Source: Pseudodesulfovibrio piezophilus C1TLV30 (lineage in GTDB: Bacteria > Desulfobacterota > Desulfovibrionia > Desulfovibrionales > Desulfovibrionaceae). Taken from it: a stretch of 32,000 nt of DNA. The stretch is taken from assembly GCF_000341895.1 (NCBI RefSeq), contig NC_020409.1:2100001-2132000 (forward strand). The letters are read 5' to 3'. A model generated the notes under the pieces. It saw nothing but the letters and a program-made list of their open reading frames with translations. It was not told the DNA's origin and did no database searches. Each line of letters starts with the position of its first letter. The stretch's first letter is position 1. The position numbers were made by a program, and so were the translations under genes. Shown piece by piece: positions 16,735 to 25,648 of the stretch.

Positions 16735-16780
16735 AAAAGACCTGATGCTTCATACTCGAAGCATCAGGTCTTTTATTTCC
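16735..16780. terminator. Bidirectional rho-independent terminator
   Basis: aaaagacctgatgcttc (16735-16751) pairs perfectly with gaagcatcaggtctttt (16758-16774) across the loop atactc. T-runs follow on both strands. It lies between the operon end (16621, +) and the topA stop (16843, -). Confidence 0.75.
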
Positions 16781-16842
16781 ATTCGTAACGGTGGGTACCC
16801 ACTCGCCCTTTTGAACGAAGCAAGAACCCGTCAGAGGCGTGC

Positions 16843-19260
16843 TTATTTCTCTGCGTCCATTTCCCTTGTATATCCGCACCCTTTTTGGGGGCATGCGATA
16901 TGTTCCCCTTTGTCCTTGGTGGTCTTTCGGGTCAGAATAGGATGCTGGCACTTGGGACATGGCTCATTGACAGGCCAATTCCAGACGGCATAATCGCACT
17001 TGGGATAGGTGGAGCAGGAATAAAAGAGCTTGCCCCGGCGCGATGACTTTTCAACCAACTCCCCTTCACACCCCTCATTGGGGCAGGGAACCCCTGTCGA
17101 AAAAGGCGCGGCATAGGTGCAGTCAGGATAGTTGGAACAGGCGATAAAACGGGAGCCTGTCCGGGCCTTCTTGAGAAGCAATTCCCCCCCGCATTCCGGA
17201 CAGGTGCCGACAACCTTGGGTTTTTCGCTCTCAATGACCTTGATTTTGCCGTTTTCATCCCGCTCAAAATTGACGATATTCTTGCAATCCGGGTAGCCCG
17301 TGCAGCCGAGGAATTCACCCCGCCTGGACTGCTTGATGGCCATGGGACGTCCGCATTTGTCGCATTTAACGCCGGTTTCTTCCGGCTTCTCACGCTCCAC
17401 TATCTGGATAGCCCCCTGCTCGTCACGGGTGAAATTCTTGATTGTCCGACAGGATGGAAAGCCTGTACACCCCAGGAATTCCCCAGTTTTCCCAAACTTG
17501 ATGGCCATGGGTTTTCCACAATTCTCACAGACAATTTCGGTTTCCTGCTGAGAACGGGCCATTTCCGTCCGGGCCTTGTCGAGGGTCGGATAGAAATCTC
17601 CCCCAAAGTCATTGAGCAATTTAACCCAGTCCTGCTTGCCTGCGGCCACATCATCAAGCAGATTTTCCATCTGTGCGGTGAACCCGACATCCATAAGAGC
17701 CTTGAAATGCTCGGAAAGCTGGTTGGAGACGGTAAAACCCAGTTCGGTAGGAACAAAACGCTTTTCTTCCTGACGGGCATATTCCCGGTCGAGCAGTGTG
17801 GAAATAATTGCGGCATACGTCGAAGGACGGCCGATACCGAGTTCCTCCAGCGTCTTGACGAGCGATGCTTCCGAATACCGTGGCGGCGGCTGAGTGAACT
17901 TTTGTTCCTTTTTCAACTCATTGAGGGCGAGGATATCGCCTTCAGCCAGCTTGGGTAGTTCGGTATCACCATCACTGCTTCCCTTGTCCATGGCAGCCAG
18001 GAAACCGGGAAAGAGCAGACGTTCTCCCTTGGCCCGCCACTGGGTGCGCGGAGCCTTGACCAGAACGGTGGTATCCCAGAACGTGGCAACAGCCATCTGT
18101 GAAGCTACAAAGCGCTGCCAGACCAATCGGTAAAGCTTGTGCTGTTCGGACGGAAGATAGGATTTGACGTCATCAGGCGTGATGGAGACATCAACGGGAC
18201 GGATCGCTTCATGCGCGTCCTGGGCGCTCCCCTTGGTCTTGAAGTGCCGTGTTTTGGGCGGATAATAATCGTCACCGAACTTGTCGAGAATCAATTCCCT
18301 GGCCGCATCCTGCGCGTCCTTGGCAATGCGCACCGAATCGGTACGCATGTAGGTGATGAGAGCCGTGGTTCCACGCTTGCCAAGCTCCACACCTTCATAG
18401 AGACGCTGGGCAATGGACATGGTCCGCTTGGCAGAATAGCCCATACGCCTGTTGGCGTCCTGTTGCAGGGTCGAGGTAATATATGGCGGCAGAGGCGAAC
18501 GTTTGCGCTGCTTCTCCTGCACGGAATCCACCACGAATTCTCCATTCTCCAAAGCATCCTGAAGAGATTCGGCCTCGGTCTGGGTACCGATGTGATTGAC
18601 GCCCGGTTTGACGGCCTTCTCTTCCAGCTTGTGAAGATCGAGCCAGAACGGTGGCGGAGTGGAACCTTCCAGCAACACCTTGAACGGCCAGTATTCATCG
18701 GCCCGAAAAGCGCGGCGCTCCTTCTCCCGCTCCACCAGAATCTTGAGGGCAACGGACTGAACCCGCCCTGCGGAAATTCCGCGTTTGACATTCTTCCAGA
18801 GAATCGGAGAAATCTTGTAACCAACCAGGCGATCAAGAATTCGACGCGCCTGCTGGGAGTCAAACAGGTTCTCATTGAGTTCCTGTGCGTCCTCAAGAGC
18901 TCCCTTGACTGCTCGAGCAGTAATTTCGTTGAACTGAATACGTCGGATTTTCTTGTTGACTGGCTTGATAAGCTCGGCAACATGCCACGCAATAGCCTCT
19001 CCCTCGCGGTCGGGGTCAGGTGCGAGATAGACGGTATCCGCTTTTTTGGCGGCGGCTTTCAGGCGTTTGACGACCTCCTCCTTGCCCTTGATGACCTCAT
19101 ATTGCGGGGCGAAGTCATTTTCTTCATCCACACCGAGGTCGCGGGTTGGCAGGTCGCGGACATGTCCGACAGAGGCGTCGACCATATAGTCCTTACCCAG
19201 GAACTTACTGATGGTCTTCACTTTGGCGGGGGACTCAACGATGATTAAATCTTTTGACAT
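16843..19260 (-). CDS. topA: DNA topoisomerase I
   Basis: MSKDLIIVESPAKVKTISKFLGKDYMVDASVGHVRDLP forms the Toprim N-terminus. The type IA core is present, and the C-terminus carries five CxxC...CxxxxxC zinc ribbons. Confidence 0.97.
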   Translation of the reverse strand: MSKDLIIVESPAKVKTISKFLGKDYMVDASVGHVRDLPTRDLGVDEENDFAPQYEVIKGKEEVVKRLKAAAKKADTVYLAPDPDREGEAIAWHVAELIKPVNKKIRRIQFNEITARAVKGALEDAQELNENLFDSQQARRILDRLVGYKISPILWKNVKRGISAGRVQSVALKILVEREKERRAFRADEYWPFKVLLEGSTPPPFWLDLHKLEEKAVKPGVNHIGTQTEAESLQDALENGEFVVDSVQEKQRKRSPLPPYITSTLQQDANRRMGYSAKRTMSIAQRLYEGVELGKRGTTALITYMRTDSVRIAKDAQDAARELILDKFGDDYYPPKTRHFKTKGSAQDAHEAIRPVDVSITPDDVKSYLPSEQHKLYRLVWQRFVASQMAVATFWDTTVLVKAPRTQWRAKGERLLFPGFLAAMDKGSSDGDTELPKLAEGDILALNELKKEQKFTQPPPRYSEASLVKTLEELGIGRPSTYAAIISTLLDREYARQEEKRFVPTELGFTVSNQLSEHFKALMDVGFTAQMENLLDDVAAGKQDWVKLLNDFGGDFYPTLDKARTEMARSQQETEIVCENCGKPMAIKFGKTGEFLGCTGFPSCRTIKNFTRDEQGAIQIVEREKPEETGVKCDKCGRPMAIKQSRRGEFLGCTGYPDCKNIVNFERDENGKIKVIESEKPKVVGTCPECGGELLLKKARTGSRFIACSNYPDCTYAAPFSTGVPCPNEGCEGELVEKSSRRGKLFYSCSTYPKCDYAVWNWPVNEPCPKCQHPILTRKTTKDKGEHIACPQKGCGYTREMDAEK

Positions 19261-19414
19261 AGTCGGAACTCATAGCCGCTTTACCGTGCCCATGGCAAGC
19301 CGGACGGCTTTTTTAGTTTGTTTCGAGGGGGGTGCTATGCACATTTATTCAGCGGCACGTCAACCCTTCTTATATAGATAATGGGCGAAATATGATTGTC
19401 CACTCAATCCATCG

Positions 19415-19456
19415 ATAAAAAAGTGCTTCTTCTCGTATCCATCCGAAAAGAAGCAC
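19415..19456 (-). terminator. Rho-independent terminator downstream of the glycosyltransferase gene
   Basis: On the minus strand, gtgcttctt, a 16-nt loop and aagaagcac (plus-strand coordinates 19423-19456) are followed by TTTTTT (plus-strand A-run 19417-19422). This is 36 nt after the stop at 19492. Confidence 0.6.
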
Positions 19457-19491
19457 ATCTGCACCTAATAAGCAATGATACAAGTACTCTA

Positions 19492-21111
19492 TTACAATTC
19501 AAGACTCAGACAATCCAATTGCCTGAGTGCATCCAGATGCTCCGAGTGCTTGAAAAAAAATTTGATATCATTACCAAGGGCATTGGAAAACGCCCTGTTA
19601 TCAGTAGGACGACTTATGACGTTGGTTCCGCTACTTTGATGGTGAACACAGGTCACGGTGCCACAATACATGACTTTATGACCAGCAAGGCACATGGCAA
19701 GATCGTGATCGATATCGTCTATCTGCGACGGAGAGAAACGGATATCAAAACCATGCGGCGCGTCCCTGAGAGCCTTGGTTCTGAGCAGGTGTTGGCAGCC
19801 CATGACATTACGAGTTTCCCGAATGAAGGCATAGGTGCCGATGTCATAATGCTTGAAGGGCGTGTCGTTGCTCATGAGCAACAGACCGTGGTCTGCCACG
19901 GCAACATGCCTGTAAAGATACTGAAGCATGGCCGGTGTTCCGGGATGAACAATCTTGCAGCCCACCACAGCAATGGACGCATCTCTTTCTGCCACAGTCA
20001 GAAACTGGGACAGCCAGTCTTTTTGCACAGTCACGTCATCGTCAAGAAATGCCACATATTCCGATTGCCGAATTTCAGGTAACCCCAGCAACCAGTTCCG
20101 AGCGGCGGGAGCGCCGATGTTGACATGCAGGTCATGGAGAATAATCTCATTCTCAGGAAACCATGCCCGAGCCTCTTCCACCACATCCCTGCTGTAATCC
20201 GTGCACCCGTTGAGCAGGATATCAATGCGAGCCGGACCGATATCGGACTGACTCAGGCTTTCCAATGTCTGACGAAGCAGGGACGCCTTGTTCCAGGAAT
20301 AGAGGCAGATATTGACCCGGCAACTGGCAAGTAAGGAATGATCCGGCTGAAATGGCGACCGAAGTTCCCGCACGCGGGATTGAAGCGGTCCCTGTAACGG
20401 ATCCATAGCCAACGACTGTTCATACAAAGCCACGGCCTGATCAATTTCTCCTTTGAAAACAAACATCTCCGCAGCCATGTTGAGCGAGCTTTCTCTGAGC
20501 TGAGCCGGTCTGAGCTTGTGCCACAATGACCATGCCTTATCCATGCTTCCGAGGAATGCATAATGGTTGAAAAGCAGGATGTCCCATTCCTGTTTGAGAG
20601 GCAGGGGAGGTTTGAACTGATGAATCCACTCTCCCGGTTCCCTGCCCAGTAACTGGCCTATGTACAGAGCATGCTGCGCAGCCGGGACATGGTTTGGATG
20701 GGCGCTCAGCAGTTGCGAAAGATACCCGAGTACTTCTTCGGACTCATCCTGTTTGAGATTTTCTATCAATGTGTAGGTTTCGGCGGACTCATTGGTAGAC
20801 TGGACCAACTTGAGCCGATTTTCAATCATCGGATTTCCCGTGAGCTGGAAAGTGGACTCAAGGAAGCCCGGTTTGAGTGGGCAGAGTTGAAGTATTTTAT
20901 CCATGAGATACAAAAGCATCTTCTGGGCTTCCGGTGAGTGGTTGATGGCAGGATCAGCAGAAAGCCTGTCGATGAGACAGGCTCCCCCTGATGTATCAAT
21001 CAGGAATGAATTGAGATGGTTGTGGATATACCGAAGCAACTCATCAAGGGGAATCTCCCGTATTTGTGCCGGTAAACCCAATTGAAACAGCCTCAAATAA
21101 TTCTCATTCAT
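19492..21111 (-). CDS. TPR-like N-terminal domain fused to a family-2 glycosyltransferase (copy A)
   Basis: The C-terminal half reads VNICLYSWNK...ILLNGCTDYSRDVV...NIGAPAARNWLL...YVAFLDDDV...FDIRFSPSQIDDIDHDLAMCLAGHKVMY, a GT-A fold with a DxD motif. The N-terminal ~270 aa are helical repeats (SLNMAAEMFVFKGEIDQAVALYEQSLAMDP). AGAGG lies upstream of ATG 21111. Confidence 0.85.
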   Translation of the reverse strand: MNENYLRLFQLGLPAQIREIPLDELLRYIHNHLNSFLIDTSGGACLIDRLSADPAINHSPEAQKMLLYLMDKILQLCPLKPGFLESTFQLTGNPMIENRLKLVQSTNESAETYTLIENLKQDESEEVLGYLSQLLSAHPNHVPAAQHALYIGQLLGREPGEWIHQFKPPLPLKQEWDILLFNHYAFLGSMDKAWSLWHKLRPAQLRESSLNMAAEMFVFKGEIDQAVALYEQSLAMDPLQGPLQSRVRELRSPFQPDHSLLASCRVNICLYSWNKASLLRQTLESLSQSDIGPARIDILLNGCTDYSRDVVEEARAWFPENEIILHDLHVNIGAPAARNWLLGLPEIRQSEYVAFLDDDVTVQKDWLSQFLTVAERDASIAVVGCKIVHPGTPAMLQYLYRHVAVADHGLLLMSNDTPFKHYDIGTYAFIRETRNVMGCQHLLRTKALRDAPHGFDIRFSPSQIDDIDHDLAMCLAGHKVMYCGTVTCVHHQSSGTNVISRPTDNRAFSNALGNDIKFFFKHSEHLDALRQLDCLSLEL

Positions 21112-21212
21112 TGTTCGTACCTCTCATGAAGTGTTTTCGGCACATTTCAGGAGAGCTTTAGAAAATAAATGTTTCAAAGGAGGCAAACGCCCTTCCTCGG
21201 GCATGCTGCTCC

Positions 21213-22856
21213 CTAGAATTCCGGCAATCGTACCCCCAGGTCAAGGGACAGATTATCAAGAGCCTTGACAGCGTGCATGTGTTCCAGGTGCTTGAAGTAA
21301 AACTTGATATCATTCCCCATTGTGCTCCCGGTTGCCGCGATATTGTCATTGATTCGTTTGAAATTGACACCGCTTGATTGATGATGAACACAAGTCACCA
21401 AACCACAATACATCACCTTATGCCCTTCGAGACAGACGGCAATGTCATGATCGATGTCATCCACCTGGGATGGAGAGAACCGGATATCAAACCCGGCCTT
21501 GATATTCTTCACGGCACTGGTCCGCAGCAGATGCAGGCATCCCATGACATTGCGAGTTTCCCGAATGTAATCATAGGAGTGCGTATCATAGGAACCCAGT
21601 GGGGAATGAATGGACATCTTTAACAAGCCGTGATCCGCAATGGCCACATAACGGAAAAGATACTGGATGAGTGAAGGCATGCCTGGATGGACAATCTTGC
21701 ACCCGACCACGCCGATGGAGTCATCCTGTTCGGCAACAGTCAGGAAGGAGGCCAACCAGTTTTCCGGCACGGTCACATCGTCATCAAGAAAAGCAATATA
21801 CTGGGACTCCTGCACCTCCGGCAACCGCATCAGCCAGTTCCGCGCAGCCGGTGCGCCAATATTCACATGCAAGTCGTGAATAACCACTTTGTTGTTCGGG
21901 AAAAGGGGACACGCCGCATCCACAATGGCGCGGCTGTCATCCGTACACCCGTTGAGCAGGATATGAAGCGTGGCTGAACCGATATTGGACCGGCTCAGAC
22001 TCTGCAAGGTCTGCCCGAGGATTTCCCCCTTGTTCCAGGAATAGAGACATATGGAGACCGAACTGGAATCCGTGAGGGAGGCATCCGGCTGAAAGGGGTG
22101 CTCCAATTCACGCACCCGCAACCGCACCGGGGTCTGGCGTGGGTCCTGTTCGAGTGACGCTTTGTAAAGCGCGATCCCTTTGGCTCTATCGCCGGACGCG
22201 ATGAACATCTCTGCGGCCATGTTGAGAGAAGTCTCCCGCACCATATCCATATGCAGGGAATCCCAGATTTTCCTCGCGCTGTCATAATCACACAAGGACG
22301 CATGGTGGTTGAAAAGAGCAATATCCCAATCGCGCCGAATGGCCTGGGGGCAGACAAAATCATCGCGCCAGTGACCGTAGGGGATGCCGAGGTGACGATC
22401 GACAGTCAGTGCGAACTGGGCGGCCGCGATATGATCCGGGTGCGCCTTGATCAGTTGGGCGATGAAGGTGGCGACATCTTCCGCATCCTTTTTGATGTCC
22501 AATCCTGAAATCTGGTCGTATATCTCTTTGTCGAGATTTCGTTCGGCGATGAGGTCCATTCGTTGTTGCGCAGCGGTATTGCCCGTCAATTTCACGACCG
22601 CACCCAGTAAGCCCGGCCTGAAAGGACGAAGCTGAAGGGCTTTGTCGAGCAGATAGAGCAGTGCACGGGTGGCCTGGGTATGTTTTCCGGTCTCGGGATC
22701 ATTGGCGAACCGTTCGATGAAGCAGAAGCTGACCGACTCATCCAACAGGAAATTATGGAGATGATTCAACACATACTCGACCATCTCATCAAGGGTCAAT
22801 TCCTTGAGTTGCGCTGCCATGCCGTATTGGTAAATCTGAAAATACTGTTCGTTCAT
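21213..22856 (-). CDS. TPR-like N-terminal domain fused to a family-2 glycosyltransferase (copy B, paralogue of 19492..21111)
   Basis: The product is collinear with copy A over its full length, for example SLNMAAEMFIASGDRAKGIALYKASLEQDP, ILLNGCTDDSRAIV, NIGAPAARNWLM, YIAFLDDDV, FDIRFSPSQVDDIDHDIAVCLEGHKVMY. Start taken at ATG 22856 (MNEQYFQIYQ), which aligns with MNENYLRLFQ of copy A. Confidence 0.85.
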   Translation of the reverse strand: MNEQYFQIYQYGMAAQLKELTLDEMVEYVLNHLHNFLLDESVSFCFIERFANDPETGKHTQATRALLYLLDKALQLRPFRPGLLGAVVKLTGNTAAQQRMDLIAERNLDKEIYDQISGLDIKKDAEDVATFIAQLIKAHPDHIAAAQFALTVDRHLGIPYGHWRDDFVCPQAIRRDWDIALFNHHASLCDYDSARKIWDSLHMDMVRETSLNMAAEMFIASGDRAKGIALYKASLEQDPRQTPVRLRVRELEHPFQPDASLTDSSSVSICLYSWNKGEILGQTLQSLSRSNIGSATLHILLNGCTDDSRAIVDAACPLFPNNKVVIHDLHVNIGAPAARNWLMRLPEVQESQYIAFLDDDVTVPENWLASFLTVAEQDDSIGVVGCKIVHPGMPSLIQYLFRYVAIADHGLLKMSIHSPLGSYDTHSYDYIRETRNVMGCLHLLRTSAVKNIKAGFDIRFSPSQVDDIDHDIAVCLEGHKVMYCGLVTCVHHQSSGVNFKRINDNIAATGSTMGNDIKFYFKHLEHMHAVKALDNLSLDLGVRLPEF

Positions 22857-23138
22857 GCAGGGACCGCCTTTGCTCGCTCCGGGTGATGTCATCAAGGGTG
22901 ATTGTCTCTCCCTATGCCACGCAGTCGGACATCATGACAAGGGCACCAGGGGCTTGAGGATGCCTCTTCTTTTGTTCCTTTACAGCGGCTATAGATTATT
23001 TCTAGAGTTAATGATCTGAAAAAATTGCACCTTTTTTCTATCATGTGCTTTTTGCAAAAAATCGGGTAGTTACATTGAATAGAGTCGTGATATATGTTTA
23101 TACAGCGCAAGGAATGTGCGTTTTCTTCATTAATTCAT

Positions 23139-23165
23139 TAAACTAAATGCAAAACGGGCCGATAA
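23139..23165 (+). promoter_or_regulatory. Sigma-28 (FliA)-type promoter, exact consensus core
   Basis: TAAA (23139-23142), N15 (ctaaatgcaaaacgg) and GCCGATAA (23158-23165) give a perfect match to TAAA-N15-GCCGATAA. The site is 37 nt upstream of the yggS ATG and is oriented toward yggS and the mot/fli genes. Confidence 0.6.
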
Positions 23166-23201
23166 GATGGAAGAGCTTACTGCCCGGACTTGTTGAATAT
23201 T

Positions 23202-23909
23202 ATGATCGACAGAAAAAATGAACTGGCTGAGCGGACCACTCTGGTCAGGGAAGAGTTGGCTGAGGCGGCAAAAAAAGCGGGACGTACTCCCGATGACATC
23301 ACTCTGGTGGCGGTCTCGAAACTCCACCCGGCAAGTGACATCAGGGCGCTCGCCGAAACCGGACACGTTGACTTCGGCGAGAACTATGTGCAGGAGGCCG
23401 TGGACAAGCAGAAAACCCTGGCTGACCTGAAGGTCAATTGGCACTTCATCGGCGGCCTGCAGTCCAACAAGGCAAAGTTTGTGGCCGGAAAATTCGGGCT
23501 TGTTCACAGTGTTGACTCGCTGAAGCTGGCCCAGGCCCTTTCCCGGAAAGCGTTGGGGCAGGAGACGGTTCAGGATATTCTCATTCAGGTGAATATCGCC
23601 GGAGAAGTCCAGAAATCCGGGATTGTGGTTGAAGAACTGCCCTCTTTGGCAGAGGCTGTCATGGAAATGGAAGGCATCCGCCTCGTTGGGTTGATGACGT
23701 TGCCACCTTTTTTTGATGAACCGGAACGCGCACGACCCGTTTTTTCCCGACTTCGCGAGTTGAAGGACATGGTGGAAAGTCAGGTTGGTGCAAGGTTGCC
23801 ACACCTCTCCATGGGGATGACAGGAGATTTCATCCCGGCCGTGGAAGAGGGAGCAACTCTGGTCAGGATAGGCACGCGTATTTTCGGGGTGAGACCCCCC
23901 AAGGTATAA
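23202..23909 (+). CDS. yggS: YggS-family pyridoxal-phosphate homeostasis protein
   Basis: ITLVAVSKLHPASDIRALAETGHVDFGENYVQEA contains the PLP-binding Lys. WHFIGGLQSNKAKFV, SMGMTGDF and VRIGTRIFG follow. ATG 23202 aligns with the E. coli YggS N-terminus as I remember it. The track start at 23190 is a TTG. Confidence 0.9.
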   Translation: MIDRKNELAERTTLVREELAEAAKKAGRTPDDITLVAVSKLHPASDIRALAETGHVDFGENYVQEAVDKQKTLADLKVNWHFIGGLQSNKAKFVAGKFGLVHSVDSLKLAQALSRKALGQETVQDILIQVNIAGEVQKSGIVVEELPSLAEAVMEMEGIRLVGLMTLPPFFDEPERARPVFSRLRELKDMVESQVGARLPHLSMGMTGDFIPAVEEGATLVRIGTRIFGVRPPKV

Positions 23910-24031
23910 CAACTGGGTTGGAAAACGTCCGGGGCTGATCGGTGATCGCCGCGTCCGAAGCACATGGCTTCGGGTTTCGTCTCAACGGACGAGACTCGGA
24001 CGAAATTGCCCGACCAGTCTGAGGAAACCGT

Positions 24032-24793
24032 ATGGATCTCGCAACTGTAATCGGCATTGTACTTTCGTTCGGTCTGGTTGTTTCGGCTATTTTATCCGGC
24101 TCCAGTCTGATCATCTTCATTTCCGTCCCCTCCTTTCTCATCGTCATTGGCGGGACACTTGGCGCGGCCATGGTCAACTATCCCATGGGCTATGTCATCG
24201 GTGTCATCGGCGTTATCAAGAACACCTTCTTTTCAAATCTTGAATCACCCGTGAATATCATTGAACAGTTCAAGGACTACGCCAACCGCGCCCGTCGCGA
24301 AGGCATCCTGTCCCTGGAGCCACTGATCAAGGAAATAGACGATGAATACATGCGCAAAGGCTTGCAACTGACAGTGGATGGTCTGGAACCGCAGACCATT
24401 CAGGAAATCCTTGAAACCGAGGTCTCTTACCTCAGCGAACGCCACGCGACCGGGGCGGACGTCGTGGCTGTCCTTGGTACGCTGGCCCCGGCCATGGGCA
24501 TGATCGGCACGGTTGTCGGGCTGGTACAGATGCTTCAAACCATGTCGGACCCGTCTTCCATCGGCCCGGCAATGGCTGTGGCCTTGCTCACCACCCTGTA
24601 TGGAGCGATCCTGTCCAACCTCGTCTTCAATCCCATGGCAGGCAAACTCAAGGCGCGCAGCAAAGAAGAAACGCTCCTGCGGGAAATGATCATGGAGGGG
24701 ATTCTGTCCATCTCCAAAGGTGAAAATCCCCGTATCATAGAAGAAAAGCTCAACAGCTTCCTTCCGCCCAAAGACAGAGTTTCCTCGGACTAA
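24032..24793 (+). CDS. motA: Flagellar stator protein MotA (MotA/TolQ/ExbB family)
   Basis: 253 aa with 4 TM segments. The C-terminal channel region reads LAPAMGMIGTVVGLVQML...GPAMAVALLTTLYGAILSNLVFNPMAGKL. The gene is followed directly by the motB genes. Confidence 0.9.
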   Translation: MDLATVIGIVLSFGLVVSAILSGSSLIIFISVPSFLIVIGGTLGAAMVNYPMGYVIGVIGVIKNTFFSNLESPVNIIEQFKDYANRARREGILSLEPLIKEIDDEYMRKGLQLTVDGLEPQTIQEILETEVSYLSERHATGADVVAVLGTLAPAMGMIGTVVGLVQMLQTMSDPSSIGPAMAVALLTTLYGAILSNLVFNPMAGKLKARSKEETLLREMIMEGILSISKGENPRIIEEKLNSFLPPKDRVSSD

Positions 24794-24824
24794 CAAGTCC
24801 CTCACCCGTACCTGTGAGAATGGC

Positions 24825-25646
24825 ATGGCAAAAAAAGAACAAAAACTGATCTGTGAGGAGATGCCTCCCTGGATGATCACGTTCTCAGACGTCATGACGC
24901 TGATGCTGACCTTTTTTGTGCTCCTGGTTTCCATGTCGCAGATCGACTCGCGGAGAAAGCTCGTTGCCCTCGGTTCCATCATCGGAACTTTCGGTTGGCA
25001 GGACGCCAGCTATGAGGTTTTTTCCAAGACAGACACTCGGCGCACGGTTGAACCGGGGCCAATCGACAGCGGAGACCTCGAACCGCTCAAGGAACTCAAA
25101 TGGGAAAATGTGGACAAGGATATCAATTTCCGATCCAATCGATTCGTTCAGATTCTTTCCATCAATTCCAGTCTCCTTTTCCCCCCTGGGGGGATACAGT
25201 TATCCGACGCGGGGCAGGCTCTGCTCAAGGACTTCATGCCTGTCTTTGCCCAGGTCCAATTCCCCCTGCTTCTGGCCGGGCACACAACAGAGCTTCGTGA
25301 TGAATTGGGCAATAATTATGAACCGGGCGATGACACCCAAACCCCGGACCTGTCATGGAAAATTTCCCTGGACAGAACCCTGGCTGTCTACAGTTACCTT
25401 CTGGAACAGGGGATGCGCCCGGAGATGCTCAAGGTTGAAGCCTTCGGGAAGTATGCTCCCTATTACCCGCGCAATACCTCTGAAAACCGAGCGAAAAACC
25501 GGCGCGTGGATATTGTGCTCGACAAACGCAGTCTGGATGCGGGCGAACGCGTCCGCCAAATTGCCCCCCAACCCCGGAACACGCCGGACACATTGGATAT
25601 CGACGGCTTTGAATTTGATCTCAGGCCACCGGCAGGACTGGAGTAG
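24825..25646 (+). CDS. motB: MotB-like stator subunit 1 (OmpA-like C-terminal domain)
   Basis: The N-terminal TM segment PPWMITFSDVMTLMLTFFVLLVSMS carries the conserved proton-binding Asp. The C-terminal OmpA-like peptidoglycan-binding domain includes SWKISLDRTLAV and NRAKNRRVDIVL. Confidence 0.8.
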   Translation: MAKKEQKLICEEMPPWMITFSDVMTLMLTFFVLLVSMSQIDSRRKLVALGSIIGTFGWQDASYEVFSKTDTRRTVEPGPIDSGDLEPLKELKWENVDKDINFRSNRFVQILSINSSLLFPPGGIQLSDAGQALLKDFMPVFAQVQFPLLLAGHTTELRDELGNNYEPGDDTQTPDLSWKISLDRTLAVYSYLLEQGMRPEMLKVEAFGKYAPYYPRNTSENRAKNRRVDIVLDKRSLDAGERVRQIAPQPRNTPDTLDIDGFEFDLRPPAGLE

Positions 25647-25648
25647 CC

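Noticed and set aside
18139-19248. 369-aa plus-strand ORF
   Set aside because: It lies entirely antisense to topA, whose identification is unambiguous. The product is Leu/Gly/Arg-rich with no recognisable motifs, as expected for a shadow ORF in GC-rich coding DNA.
19396-20082. 228-aa plus-strand ORF (also 1775..2476(+) and the plus-strand ORFs between 2764 and 4084)
   Set aside because: They are antisense shadows of the GT2, dapF and APC permease genes respectively. None has a recognisable motif.
22892-23110. 72-aa Cys-rich minus-strand ORF in the AT-rich spacer
   Set aside because: It lies in the low-GC divergent promoter region. Its composition looks driven by AT-rich codons, it has no ribosome-binding site, and it runs into the untranslated leader of the GT2 gene.
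23130-23963. 277-aa minus-strand ORF
   Set aside because: It is antisense to yggS, which matches its family end to end. It would also run through the sigma-28 promoter.
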